A DNA stretch of 61,964 bases. Origin: an uncultured Eubacteriales bacterium. GTDB lineage: Bacteria > Bacillota > Clostridia > Lachnospirales > CAG-274. How positions within the stretch are numbered: the stretch's first letter is position 1; each line of letters begins with the position of its first letter. The position numbers and the translations under genes are program-made. Of the stretch, positions 21,241 through 31,510 are shown in pieces. The notes under the pieces are model-generated. The model was not told the DNA's origin. It saw nothing but the letters and a program-made list of their open reading frames with translations, and made no database searches. The DNA is taken from the NCBI GenBank assembly GCA_902496345.1, contig CABVAP010000001.1, forward strand, positions 1 through 61,964. The letters run 5' to 3'.

Positions 21241-21969
21241 TTAAAATTTAAAACTATCATCTAATGCCTTTTGAAACACCATAGCTGCATCTTTTGCTGT
21301 TATAGCACCGTCGCCATCAACATCAACATACTTCATATAGCCTGACAATTTTTCTTCAATAGGCATAGATTTGTTTTTGTCAAGTACTTTTGCAAGAATA
21401 ATAGCTGCATCATTTGCTGTTATAGTGTTATTAGTATCTGCGTCACCAACAATTAAATCAGCTGTATTATTTTCGTCAATAGCTAATACTACATTTTCTG
21501 TTCTAAAACTAATATCATTTAAATTTTTATCATAAACAGATAGTCCGTTTTCATCTACCCAATCTATACTTATAAAATCCGACAATATATTAGACTTTAC
21601 TTTAAAAGAAAAAGTTCCAATTAGACCGTTTGTCGATATAGTATTAAGAGAATCATACGTAATATTAATTGTATCAATTTCTGTCAAATCAACACTGCTT
21701 GAATCAATAGTTGTAAGTGCTGTAAATTGGCTGTTATTTGAAAAAGTTACAGGCGTAATAACATTTTTATCAAACTTAATTTTAAGCGTAAACCCTGCTA
21801 TTCCGGGGTTATTTTTTATTGACATTTTAACATCAAATTGCTGACCAGGTTTAACAGTAGAAGAGTTACTTTCCAGACTAATAATCATAGTTTCGCTTGC
21901 CAAAACAATATTTACAGAACATAAAATCATACTAATTGTCAACACAAATAATATCATTTTTTTAATCAT
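21241..21969 (-). CDS. Secreted cohesin-domain protein with C-terminal dockerin
   Basis: Signal peptide. Cohesin-like VKPGQQFDVKMSIKNNPGIAGFTLKIKFDKNVITP. Dockerin repeats GDADTNNTITANDAAIILAKVL and VDVDGDGAITAKDAAMVFQKAL. The tail ends ALDDSFKF. Confidence 0.75.
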   Translation of the reverse strand: MIKKMILFVLTISMILCSVNIVLASETMIISLESNSSTVKPGQQFDVKMSIKNNPGIAGFTLKIKFDKNVITPVTFSNNSQFTALTTIDSSSVDLTEIDTINITYDSLNTISTNGLIGTFSFKVKSNILSDFISIDWVDENGLSVYDKNLNDISFRTENVVLAIDENNTADLIVGDADTNNTITANDAAIILAKVLDKNKSMPIEEKLSGYMKYVDVDGDGAITAKDAAMVFQKALDDSFKF

Positions 21970-21987
21970 AGCAGATTCCCCCTTTAA

Positions 21988-24900
21988 CTATAAATTAATA
22001 TCAGGCCAACCTGCGATATATTGCCTAATTTTAAGAATATCCTTTCCATTTACTATGCCATCACCTGTGACATCTGCTGCTTTAAGCTGTGAATTATCCA
22101 ATTCAGCTGTTGGCCAGCCGGCAACATATTGTCGTAACAATAACACATCTTTTCCATTTATTATTCCGTCTTTGTTTACATCACCCATTTTTATATCCGA
22201 AATCATAATTGTTGTAGATGTGTAGCTATAGTCAATATCTTCAAGTTTACTTGTTGTAAACATAGTTGTGTTATCATTCACATCTATATTATAATCCCCA
22301 GCCTCAACATTATCATTTATTTTAAACCTTATGGTAAATAAATTACCGTTACAATCTATATCGTTTATGCTATCCCATACAAATTTAACTTCTCCAAATT
22401 TTGACATATCGGCACCAGAATCTAAAGTTGAAATCATATCCGAAAAATTAGAGCTTTTTGTATAAGAAATCGGATACATAATTTGGTTATCATATTTCAA
22501 GATAATATTAAAACAAGATAGATTTTTGCTACTATTATCTAGAGTAACATTTACATCAACGTATCCACCCTTTGATGCATTACCTCCACTTAATGAAAGA
22601 AACATCATATCATTTTTTTGCCATACAGCATATAACGTTACATTTGCATTGCTACTATATGTGCCGTTTGGTTGGTATGTCGCAGTTGTCGCATTTGCCA
22701 TTGTTGCCCAGCCTAAAAATGTATATCCTGACCTTGTTGGTTTTGTTCCACTAAGTACTAAATTTACATTTTCTGTTTTAGTTTGGCTACTTGGTACTCC
22801 ACTTCCACCATTTGCATTGTAACTAACGGTATAATATGCAACTTTCTTTTGCCATACAGCATATAACGTTACATCTGCATTGCTACTATATGTGCCGTTT
22901 GGTTGGTATGTCGCAGTTGTCGCATTTGCCATTGTTGCCCAGCCTAAAAATGTATATCCTGACCTTGTTGGTTTTGTTCCACTAAGTACTAAATTTACAT
23001 TTTCTGTTTTAGTTTGGCTACTTGGTACTCCACTTCCACCATTTGCATTGTAACTAACAGTATAATATACAACATTCTTTTCCCATACAGCATATAACGT
23101 TACATCTGCATTGCTACTATATGTACCATTTGGTTGATATGTTGCACTTGTTGCATTCACCGTTGTTGCCCAACCTACAAATGTATATCCTGTTCTTGTT
23201 GGCTTTGTTCCACTAAGCACTAAGTTTACATTTTCTGTTTTGGTTTGGCTACTTGGGGTTCCGGTTCCTCCATTTGCATTGTAACTAACGGTATAATATG
23301 TAACATTCTTTTTCCACACGGCATATAATGTCACATTTGCATTACTACTGTATGTACCATTTGGTTGATATGTTGCACTTGTTGCATTTGCCGTTGTTGC
23401 CCAACCTAAAAATGTATATCCTGACCTTGTTGGTTTTGTTCCACTCAATGTAATATTTACACCATAAGTTTTTGTCTGATTTGCCGGTGTACCACTTCCA
23501 CCATTCGCATTATAAGCTACAGTATAAGTCATTTTTTTCCAAATAGCATATAAAGTTATGGCAGAATCGCCTTTATATACACTGTTAGATTGATATGCTA
23601 CACTTGTTGCATTCGCGGTTGTTCCCCAACCTGCAAATGTATATCCTGTTCTTGTTGGCTTTGTAGAACTTAACGTTAAATCAACCTTATGTATCTTTGT
23701 TTGACTTGCTGGCGCTCCGGTTCCTCCGTTTGCATTAAAATTAACAGCGTATTTATAGTAGTTACCCCCACTGGCCGGCATTGCTGAGTAGTTACCGTAA
23801 TTGTCATAGGCATATATATGTGTGTTGTAAAATCCTTGTTCGTCCTTATGGTCACTATATTTTACATTGTAAGTATACGTATTACCATTTTTTGTACCAG
23901 ATGCTTTTGGGTTTGTTGCCCAATTTGGAAAAATATCATCTTTGTCATTAGCAGTTGTCCAAGTCGGGAATTGAACCCTATTAACTCCCTTATTATCTGT
24001 AACTGTACAAGTTATTATATAACCTGTAGTTTCTTTTTTTACACTAACATTACTTATGACAGGGGCTGTTCTATCAATATATTTTGCTACACAAGGTACA
24101 CCCGTAACATTTCTCTGGTCATCGTATGCGTAAATATGGGTTGTATAATTTCCCTCTGCATAGTTCCACATAGATACATCAATCCTGCAATAATAAGTAT
24201 TTCCAACTATTTTTGTAGGTGTAAGCCATTCCCAATTTCCATTTTCAAGTTTAGTTGGGAATAGAACTTCTGTAACTCTATTATCATCAGTTATTGTAGC
24301 ATAAGCAGTATATCCATCTCTGTCTACATCTTTAATATTCCAAGAGCTTATTACCGGAGCTGTTGAATTGCTTACATAGCTACCAAAATAGAAATTCAAA
24401 TCAACATTACCACTTATTCCACTAACTTTACCGGAACTAGTTGCTTGCCACATTTCATAGTCCCCTGAATATGTACAGTTAGAATTATATTGAGCAACCC
24501 ATTTATGCCAACTTGAATTATTAAAAACTGAACTTGTTAATTTTGAAGTCCACCAGTATTTATTTGCATACACTCCAACCTCATAACCTGCATTTTGTAC
24601 CGTATCACAAAAAGTCTTTGCAATATTTCCAAGTGTGCTGGCAGATAATCCACTTTGTGTATTGTCTTCTAAGTCGATATATATAGGAAAATCTAAATTA
24701 TAACCCTTCACAAGACGTAAAACGTGGTCAGCCTCGCTCTTTGCTTGAGAAGTATTTTGTGCATAAGAATAAATATAAACTCCAAAAGGAATACCCAAAG
24801 AGGTACAAGCATTTGCGTTTGCAGACCATTGACTATCATCTTGACTTGAATAATTATCTCCAAACCCACAACGTATTATAGCATAGTCAACATCTGTATT

Positions 24901-25383
24901 TTTAACTTGATTCCAATTTATTGACCCTTGATGTTTACTTACATCAATACCTTTCATTGTTGCACCGTCAATAATTTGACCAGAATCATTGTAAAAAACA
25001 CCGTTTTCCTTGCCCCAAGCTCCGGCAGATGCTAAATCAATGTCAGAATCTCCACTTTGTAATATGTTTTCACCGTCAACATATCTCCAGCTATTTTCTT
25101 TTAGTTCTGTCTGTTCCGGTACTTCTTCTGTAAGAGCTACATTTTCTACATCTTCTGAATTTTGAATTTCCTCTTCTGCAAGAACTACATTTTCTGAATT
25201 TTCAGTTTCTGTATCATTTTGCTCATCGTCTAATACGTGAATTACTGCCCCTGAAACAGATACGTCACTGTTTTCAGAATTAACAATTTCACTTTCACCA
25301 ACATAATCTGCTAAAACAAAATTACAACTTGTGAAAATCATAAAAACAGCCAATAAGAAACTTATAAACCTTTTGTTATTCAT
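21988..25383 (-). CDS. GH25 muramidase (lysozyme) with Bsp-like repeats, five Listeria-Bacteroides-type repeats, a cohesin and a dockerin
   Basis: GH25: GIDVSKHQGSINW...DYAIIRCGFG...YIDLED. Two ...THIYAYD... repeats. 5 x (YNANGGxGxPxxQTK...GYTFxGW...VTLYAVW). Cohesin-like DVNVTLDNSSKNLSCFNIILKYD. Dockerin GDVNKDGIINGKDVLLLRQYVAGW / ADVTGDGIVNGKDILKIRQYIAGW. Start set at ATG 25383 (AAGGAG RBS). Confidence 0.85.
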   Translation of the reverse strand: MNNKRFISFLLAVFMIFTSCNFVLADYVGESEIVNSENSDVSVSGAVIHVLDDEQNDTETENSENVVLAEEEIQNSEDVENVALTEEVPEQTELKENSWRYVDGENILQSGDSDIDLASAGAWGKENGVFYNDSGQIIDGATMKGIDVSKHQGSINWNQVKNTDVDYAIIRCGFGDNYSSQDDSQWSANANACTSLGIPFGVYIYSYAQNTSQAKSEADHVLRLVKGYNLDFPIYIDLEDNTQSGLSASTLGNIAKTFCDTVQNAGYEVGVYANKYWWTSKLTSSVFNNSSWHKWVAQYNSNCTYSGDYEMWQATSSGKVSGISGNVDLNFYFGSYVSNSTAPVISSWNIKDVDRDGYTAYATITDDNRVTEVLFPTKLENGNWEWLTPTKIVGNTYYCRIDVSMWNYAEGNYTTHIYAYDDQRNVTGVPCVAKYIDRTAPVISNVSVKKETTGYIITCTVTDNKGVNRVQFPTWTTANDKDDIFPNWATNPKASGTKNGNTYTYNVKYSDHKDEQGFYNTHIYAYDNYGNYSAMPASGGNYYKYAVNFNANGGTGAPASQTKIHKVDLTLSSTKPTRTGYTFAGWGTTANATSVAYQSNSVYKGDSAITLYAIWKKMTYTVAYNANGGSGTPANQTKTYGVNITLSGTKPTRSGYTFLGWATTANATSATYQPNGTYSSNANVTLYAVWKKNVTYYTVSYNANGGTGTPSSQTKTENVNLVLSGTKPTRTGYTFVGWATTVNATSATYQPNGTYSSNADVTLYAVWEKNVVYYTVSYNANGGSGVPSSQTKTENVNLVLSGTKPTRSGYTFLGWATMANATTATYQPNGTYSSNADVTLYAVWQKKVAYYTVSYNANGGSGVPSSQTKTENVNLVLSGTKPTRSGYTFLGWATMANATTATYQPNGTYSSNANVTLYAVWQKNDMMFLSLSGGNASKGGYVDVNVTLDNSSKNLSCFNIILKYDNQIMYPISYTKSSNFSDMISTLDSGADMSKFGEVKFVWDSINDIDCNGNLFTIRFKINDNVEAGDYNIDVNDNTTMFTTSKLEDIDYSYTSTTIMISDIKMGDVNKDGIINGKDVLLLRQYVAGWPTAELDNSQLKAADVTGDGIVNGKDILKIRQYIAGWPDINL
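22615..23748 (-). repeat. Five in-frame tandem repeats of ~231 bp (77 aa) inside the GH25 gene
   Basis: The landmark ccatacagca recurs at 22621, 22852, 23083 (period exactly 231), 23314 and 23539. The two promoter-distal units are almost identical at DNA level. Confidence 0.9.
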
Positions 25384-25557
25384 AAAAAACACTCCTTTCA
25401 AAAACACCTATAGTTTTAATAAAATCCCTCCTTAAAACAAAATATTTTTTTATAATTTATTTTATTTAATAATTGCATAAATTTCAGCATAACTTTCTTC
25501 ATATATCTAAAGTAGCAAAAAATCGCTATTTTTTAGTCCCTTAATTAAGTCTTATTA

Positions 25558-26685
25558 TCAACTTAATCTGTATGGTTCTACTTCAGTTCCTAAACCCATT
25601 TTAAAAATTCCATTGGCTGACTCATTCAAGAAAAAAGCAGGACGAATACCAGCAGCAATTGACGAATCCACAAACCTAACATTGCCAGCATAATCGCCTG
25701 GATTTGGAACTATCCATCTAACATTATTAAGATATTTCCACGCCGTAGCACAAGTATATGGAGTTCTAAGAGTATACGAAAAGTATTTATGTTCTCTTGT
25801 TTCATGACCATTAATCAAAGCCCCACTTGTAGCTTCTGCCTCTTTATAATAATTATCAAAACTTTTATAAACAGTATTTACTTGTTTTACATCTAACAAA
25901 AATATCCTATCCTCACACATTTCACTATCTGCAACATCATAATTCTGAACCGATGTTTCTATATAAAAATTATGTTTAAATAGATTTTCCTTTACTTCTT
26001 CAGAATATTCGTATGGAGGAATAATGGATTTCTGAGTAACTTTTTGTATAAGCGTTTTTTCTTGAGAATTAAAATTTGTTAAAAATCCTGACTCATCGCT
26101 ATATTCATCAGACACTACATGTTCTCTATCTGGTGGATTACCACAACTCCAAATTACATTTCCTGAATCTTTATCCGAATTTAACCAATCACGAATGTTA
26201 CTATCACCCCAATAGTTAGAACCACCACTCCTCGATCTTATTATATTGTTAATATCCGATATTTGTCTAAATTCTTTGTATCCTCTTCCATGACTACCCA
26301 CGGTATTATCTCCAAAAGCGTCAAAAGCTTTAAAACATAAAATCTTATCACTTAACATCAACGGCAAATATCCTTCTTTATACTCTGTAGCTGTATCTGT
26401 TGCATCCATAACAGGGTTGCCATTCTTATCATATCCTTTTATTTTTTCAAAAGAAACACACCTCCAAAGTATATTTTCACCAAGATAATTTCCCATTTCT
26501 ATATAATCACCTAATTTTAATTGTGTATCAGAATTTTCATTTTCATCATACGTGGCATCAATTATCGTATTTTTTTCTATATCTAAGTCAGCAGTTGTTT
26601 CCGAATAAATGTAATGGCTACTCTGTTCACCACAACCTACTAATACAAACATCACTACTAAAATCAATAAATTTATCTTTTTCAT
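25558..26685 (-). CDS. Lipoprotein, DUF6273-like
   Basis: Lipobox LVGCG. Pattern ...ILWRCV...LPLMLSDKIL...SNIRDWLNS resembles the family NCBI labels DUF6273 (recalled, not searched). Confidence 0.55.
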   Translation of the reverse strand: MKKINLLILVVMFVLVGCGEQSSHYIYSETTADLDIEKNTIIDATYDENENSDTQLKLGDYIEMGNYLGENILWRCVSFEKIKGYDKNGNPVMDATDTATEYKEGYLPLMLSDKILCFKAFDAFGDNTVGSHGRGYKEFRQISDINNIIRSRSGGSNYWGDSNIRDWLNSDKDSGNVIWSCGNPPDREHVVSDEYSDESGFLTNFNSQEKTLIQKVTQKSIIPPYEYSEEVKENLFKHNFYIETSVQNYDVADSEMCEDRIFLLDVKQVNTVYKSFDNYYKEAEATSGALINGHETREHKYFSYTLRTPYTCATAWKYLNNVRWIVPNPGDYAGNVRFVDSSIAAGIRPAFFLNESANGIFKMGLGTEVEPYRLS

Positions 26686-26776
26686 AATTTTCCCTCCTAA
26701 ACAGATTATTTAAGTCCCCAAAATACAGATATAACAACATCAATTATTTATATGTTTAGTGTATATTAACAATAAA

Positions 26777-26835
26777 TTTTTTTCAATATGTGACAACAAA
26801 GATACAAAAATAAATATAGCTGTCACATATTTCAT
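26777..26835. promoter_or_regulatory. Copy A of a conserved ~52-nt palindromic motif (T-run + AATATGTGACAAC ... GCTGTCACATATT)
   Basis: 47/52 identical by hand alignment to 52263-52314, same orientation. Lies 92-150 nt upstream of the minus-strand lipoprotein start (26685). Confidence 0.6.
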
Positions 26836-26894
26836 CAATTATCAACAATGTTTAATAAGGCTATCTGAAAATTTGACAGCCTTATTAAACAACT

Positions 26895-28268
26895 TTATTT
26901 TACAACTCTAACGACATCTTTTTTAGGGTCGGTAAATAACAAACCGTCATTTGTCAAAGTAAATTCCATAAGGTAACTACCAGCAATTTCAACATTACTA
27001 GCATTACCGTTTTGTGTTTCAGGGTTTTGGTCAATGCAAATTTTACCAGCTAAAGTTTCTGCTGATATTGCAATTTTACCTTCATTCATAGAAACTTTTC
27101 TGATAATGTTGTAATCAAGTACATATAATTCATTATCTTTGTAAACAAGTTTTCTAGGTTCAAAAAACATAGGATTAGGACCGTCAACAAATTTTGTTTT
27201 TCCGTCAACACCGGCAAATAATCTCAAATTATTTTGAGAAACATCGTAATAATAAATTGAGCCTTTTACCGTATTCCCTAGAAACAAATTACCAATTTCA
27301 TCAACAGCCAAACAAGTTATACCGGAATCAACTGTTTTGATATATTTAATAGTTCCTGTAGACATATCAAGTTCACCTATATTATTTTGACCTGTTCCAA
27401 CGTTATTTTGTAGCACATATAACTTACCATCAGGTGAAAAATTAAAATCGGTAATTTTGCTATAGACAGCTTCTGTAATAAAAATTCCTTCTGCATTTCC
27501 ACCGGTAAGTTTAACAATACCATAAAACTTATTACCCTTTTCATCTTGGAACTCATTTGTCAAAAAATAGACATCATTTTTATAGCACCTAACTAAATCT
27601 ATAGTTATATAGCTTGGTTCAAATTCGACAGTTTCACTTTTTCCATTAACAATTTTTCTCAAAACTCCGGAATCAGAAATATAAATAGTTCCGTCATCAG
27701 ATACGTCTATACTTTCCGGAGATATAAACTCCATTCTTTCAGTTGTGCTGTCATATCTTTTTCTTGCACCATTTCCAGCATAAGTAGAAACTGTTTTATC
27801 AGCAGAATACTTTAATGTTGTATCATATATTATAATAACAGAATTAGTTGCCGAATCCCAGCCAACAGTAGCACCAAAACACTCGGCCATATTTCTAACA
27901 GGTATATAAATATTTCCTCCAAACAGTCTTGGAGCATTATCGTAATGGATAACCGACGGCTTACCACCACCATTTATTTTTGATTTATATACATTTTTGC
28001 TACCCATTTGCATACTTATAATAGTTGTATCACTTTTGATATTTACAGTATCTGTTGCTGCAACCCAAACAACTTGAAATCCCATAGCCTCAGCAACAGA
28101 CCTAACAGGAACATAAATAGCTCCCTCATAATTTACAGGCTTTTGTTTTGAAACGACTTCTTGATTATTCAAAATAATTTTTATGTCATTATTTTCGCCA
28201 AATGCCACTATAGCAAAACAAACAGTAGCCATAAACAAAGAAAACAAAAATAAGCATATTTTTTTCAT
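26895..28268 (-). CDS. Secreted protein: two copper-amine-oxidase-N-terminal (stalk) domains + NHL/beta-propeller-like region
   Basis: Signal peptide. Stalk-domain repeats (GAIYVPVRSVAEAMGFQVVW; GNIYIPVRNMAECFGATVGW). Repeated DG.iY/lyV blade-like segments. Start at ATG 28268 (AAGGAGGG RBS). Confidence 0.65.
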   Translation of the reverse strand: MKKICLFLFSLFMATVCFAIVAFGENNDIKIILNNQEVVSKQKPVNYEGAIYVPVRSVAEAMGFQVVWVAATDTVNIKSDTTIISMQMGSKNVYKSKINGGGKPSVIHYDNAPRLFGGNIYIPVRNMAECFGATVGWDSATNSVIIIYDTTLKYSADKTVSTYAGNGARKRYDSTTERMEFISPESIDVSDDGTIYISDSGVLRKIVNGKSETVEFEPSYITIDLVRCYKNDVYFLTNEFQDEKGNKFYGIVKLTGGNAEGIFITEAVYSKITDFNFSPDGKLYVLQNNVGTGQNNIGELDMSTGTIKYIKTVDSGITCLAVDEIGNLFLGNTVKGSIYYYDVSQNNLRLFAGVDGKTKFVDGPNPMFFEPRKLVYKDNELYVLDYNIIRKVSMNEGKIAISAETLAGKICIDQNPETQNGNASNVEIAGSYLMEFTLTNDGLLFTDPKKDVVRVVK

Positions 28269-28304
28269 ATAAAACCCTCCTTTCAAAGTTTAAATATAAA
28301 TAAA

Positions 28305-29036
28305 TCAGTCTTTAAGCCTTGTACCACAACCAGAACAAAATACAGAATCCTCTTGATTAACAGCATTGCAATTAGGGCATATAACTTTTGTTGGTAGAGC
28401 CTGCCCACAGCTTGAACAAAAAGTTTGTCCGTCTGAATAGTTAGCCCCACAGTTTGGGCAATAATTATTAGAGCTATTATTTTGACTACTTGCAGTAGAA
28501 TTCTTAAGAAAATTGTTTACAAAACTTGGAAGTTGTATATCTTTATTATATTTAATATTGTTCAAATAATAATTAACACAAATTCCTGCAATACCACATA
28601 TTATTACAACTGTAAATCCAAAAGTAATGAAATCATATCCTACTCCCAAAAAACTGTCTAATAATTCCAATGCGTAACGCTCACTAGCTAATTTTGCTTC
28701 TCCCATACCTATATATTGATTTATAAGATATTTGACATACCCACCAGAAACAATCATTATTATAGGGAATTTCATAGATAAACTTTGTTTGAATAAATTT
28801 CCGGCAACAAATGCAGCAACCAATGCAACAATACACAAAAGAAACCATATTGCATTTGGCAACTCCAATTTACCTTTAAGAATTCTATTTACAAATTCAT
28901 AAATAAGGTCGAATACAGAAACTTCTTGAGATTTTCTTTCACCTGTAAAAAATGGGAAAAAAACTCCAATAAAAATAACCAAACACGCGAAACTATTTAT
29001 TTTTGAAATAATATCACTTATATCAAATTTTCTCAT
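28305..29036 (-). CDS. Membrane protein with C-terminal double zinc ribbon
   Basis: About 4 hydrophobic helices. C-terminal YCPNCGANY...CSSCG...CPNCNAV...CSGCG. Start at ATG 29036 behind AGGAGGTGA; the track ORF starts at 29069. Confidence 0.65.
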   Translation of the reverse strand: MRKFDISDIISKINSFACLVIFIGVFFPFFTGERKSQEVSVFDLIYEFVNRILKGKLELPNAIWFLLCIVALVAAFVAGNLFKQSLSMKFPIIMIVSGGYVKYLINQYIGMGEAKLASERYALELLDSFLGVGYDFITFGFTVVIICGIAGICVNYYLNNIKYNKDIQLPSFVNNFLKNSTASSQNNSSNNYCPNCGANYSDGQTFCSSCGQALPTKVICPNCNAVNQEDSVFCSGCGTRLKD

Positions 29037-29068
29037 AAAATCACCTCCTAAAAAATTATAAATTTTCA

Positions 29069-31153
29069 TCAGTCAAAATAATCAAAATCCACATATATTT
29101 CTGGAATATTGTCTTCATTTTTCTTATACTTTTCATTTTCAGCGTCATCGTTAGTTTTTTGTACAGTTTCAGTTTTTTGAGTTACAGATTGTTGTGTTTT
29201 TTCTGTTTTTGTTGACCCTGATGTGGTTGTTTTTGAGTTAGTTGCTGTTGATTGTGATTTATTATTATTGGAACTTGTTGTTTGTTTATTTGCTACATTC
29301 GTTGTTTTATTATTAGTGCTTGTTGATTGTTTGTTACCGTTTGATTGTTTACTTGTAGAAGTACTTACAGAGCTATTTGTAGAACTGCCATCAGAAACTT
29401 TTTTATTTTGCACAGATGTTTTAGTGTTATTTTCTTGAACTTTCAATTCACTATTTTTTAAATACACTTTTTGAGATTCACTTATAATTTTATTATAAAA
29501 GTCATCAAATCCGTCAATTTCTTTTATTGTACTAGAATTATATATTTTACCATTTGCATCAATATATCTTATGATTTGCCCATCTTTAATATAAAATCTA
29601 TGTTCTTCATTTCCTTGATGTACAAAAGCAAAATAAAGTTTTTCATTATCATAATAATAATCTCTTTTATAGTCCCAACCGTCATAGCCGGCAAAAACAG
29701 CAATTTTAACGGGATACTCCCCTTGAAAATAATACCCTGCATTGTCATTGTTTTCCCTATATGTATAACTTTCAATATTGTTATTTACATCATAGAATAA
29801 CTTTTTAATTTTAGAAATATCATCTTCAGAAGAGCCATCACCTTTATCAGTAATCCCACTTAAATCGCCTGTAACTTCTTCACTAACTCCTTGTGTTTCA
29901 TTTGAATCAATAGAACTTTCTTCTGAATAAGTTTCTGTTTCAACAATTAAATCCGTTTCAACAGTTTCACTATTGTTAATAATTCCATAAGAAATCCCAC
30001 CGATTAACGTAGCCCCTATAGCACAAGCTCCTAAGGTCATATATAGATTTTTATTTCTTGATTTATTCTTGTAGGTATCTTCTTTTAAATCTTGATTACT
30101 CATAAGTTGAGTAGCTTGATATTCTGTTCCCGTCATAGCTTTTGTAGCGTTTAAGTCTGAACCGATACTTACATAGTTGATACTTTTAATATCAGCAGTA
30201 TCACCTTCAGGATAAATAATTTTTCCCTCTGCAGCATTATAAAGAATACTTTCAAGCTCCATTCTCATAAGGATAGGACTGTTATATCTGTTTTTAGGTT
30301 CATACTCACACGCTTTCAAAACAATTTCAGCGAGTCTACCATCTGCATTAACAGGTTTAGGAATTTTTTTACCGCTAACTCTTTTAACTAAGGCAGATTC
30401 TCTGTCACCGTGGCTTATAGGTTTTGGGTATTCTGGCATAAATGGTGTTCTGTTATTGTTTAAAAGCCTATACATAACAATTCCTAAAGAATAAATATCG
30501 ACCGTTGAGCCATAGGCTTCACCCTTGTAAACCTCTGGTGCAATATAAGTATAAGTACCCTTTTTAGAAAGTCCAGCAGTTGTTTTTTCAACTTGTCTTG
30601 CAATTCCAAAATCACCAAGTTTAAAATCACCATTATCAGAAATAAATATATTTTCTGGTTTTATGTCACGATGAACAATATTATATTTTTGGCATAATTC
30701 CAGAGCTTTACAAATATCTATGCCGAGCTTGATTATATCTTTTTTAACAATTTTATGATTTTCGATATAATCAATAAGCCCTGTCAATTTTTCCATTCTG
30801 ATAAAAATATCCCATTCTATTTTATCAGTATTTTTAATGACCTTGTGGTCTTCATAGCTAACAATGTGGCTGTTTCCTTTAAGTTTTGACATCAGGACAA
30901 ATTCTTCAACTATATCCTCAACCAACTTTTCAAAATATTCGCCAACGCTGTTGTTATCCATACCATCAGCAACGATACTTTTAACTTCCGATTGACTTTG
31001 AGGAACTCTGATATGCTTCATAGCAGCAACATAAGTATTTCCGAAGTCGGTTCTTTCAATAGAATAAACTTTTCCAAAACTTCCCTCACCAATAATATCC
31101 TTTATATACCACGTATCCCAAAAAGGCTCAAATTTTTTAATATCATTATCCAT
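29069..31153 (-). CDS. Hanks-type Ser/Thr protein kinase 1 (single TM, non-PASTA extracellular domain, S/T/N/K-rich tail)
   Basis: GEGSFGKV, AMK, HRDIKPENIF, DFGIAR and YIAPEV motifs. TM LYMTLGACAIGATLIGGISYGII. Start at MDNDIKKFEPFW by analogy with its paralog. Confidence 0.9.
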   Translation of the reverse strand: MDNDIKKFEPFWDTWYIKDIIGEGSFGKVYSIERTDFGNTYVAAMKHIRVPQSQSEVKSIVADGMDNNSVGEYFEKLVEDIVEEFVLMSKLKGNSHIVSYEDHKVIKNTDKIEWDIFIRMEKLTGLIDYIENHKIVKKDIIKLGIDICKALELCQKYNIVHRDIKPENIFISDNGDFKLGDFGIARQVEKTTAGLSKKGTYTYIAPEVYKGEAYGSTVDIYSLGIVMYRLLNNNRTPFMPEYPKPISHGDRESALVKRVSGKKIPKPVNADGRLAEIVLKACEYEPKNRYNSPILMRMELESILYNAAEGKIIYPEGDTADIKSINYVSIGSDLNATKAMTGTEYQATQLMSNQDLKEDTYKNKSRNKNLYMTLGACAIGATLIGGISYGIINNSETVETDLIVETETYSEESSIDSNETQGVSEEVTGDLSGITDKGDGSSEDDISKIKKLFYDVNNNIESYTYRENNDNAGYYFQGEYPVKIAVFAGYDGWDYKRDYYYDNEKLYFAFVHQGNEEHRFYIKDGQIIRYIDANGKIYNSSTIKEIDGFDDFYNKIISESQKVYLKNSELKVQENNTKTSVQNKKVSDGSSTNSSVSTSTSKQSNGNKQSTSTNNKTTNVANKQTTSSNNNKSQSTATNSKTTTSGSTKTEKTQQSVTQKTETVQKTNDDAENEKYKKNEDNIPEIYVDFDYFD
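30250..31153 (-). repeat. Kinase-domain paralogous segment (pairs with ~32010-32924)
   Basis: Roughly 85-90% nucleotide identity by eye over about 0.9 kb with the kinase 2 5' region. Direct orientation, about 1.77 kb apart. Confidence 0.8.
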
Positions 31154-31186
31154 AATAATCACCCCATTTCAAAGTAAAAACTTTTG

Positions 31187-31510
31187 TTAATCCATATCAT
31201 CTAATAATGAAATTAAATAATAACATCTTTCTTTTGTAGCTTCTAATCCAGCACAATTTTGTGCCATAGTTGAACCTGAACCTCCTTCCCACTCTTTTGC
31301 AGCTTGTACAATTTCGCTATCTCTTTGCCTAATCCAAGCTTGTTCGTCCTTTTGTAACTGACTAAATTTTTCATAAGGCATTACAATTTTTATATATTTG
31401 TAAATTTTATTAAGTAGACCGTCCCACATTTTGTAAACATTACCTGATTCACTATTCGCTTTGAGTTGTAGCTTTTTGAAAATATGCTTCATAATATTTA
31501 TCAATTTCAT
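31187..31510 (-). pseudogene. LprI/DUF1311-like domain ORF, probably the frameshifted C-terminal extension of kinase 2
   Basis: WDGLLNKIY...QLQKDEQAWIRQRD...GGSGSTMAQNCAGLEATKERCYYL matches the DUF1311 pattern. There is no signal peptide or RBS of its own, and it overlaps the kinase 2 3' end by 59 nt in the +1 frame. Confidence 0.55.

Noticed and set aside
22615-23748. Regular tandem repeats that could be mistaken for a CRISPR array or satellite
   Set aside because: The period is 231 bp with no unique spacers. The repeats are in frame within one ORF and encode a recognisable protein repeat (YNANGG...GYTF.GW).
29080-29440. Low-complexity S/T/N/K-rich 3' part of kinase 1 and its 71-aa antisense ORF (29223-29438)
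   Set aside because: It is compositionally biased coding sequence of the kinase tail. The antisense ORF is an L/V/F-rich shadow. No separate feature is supported.
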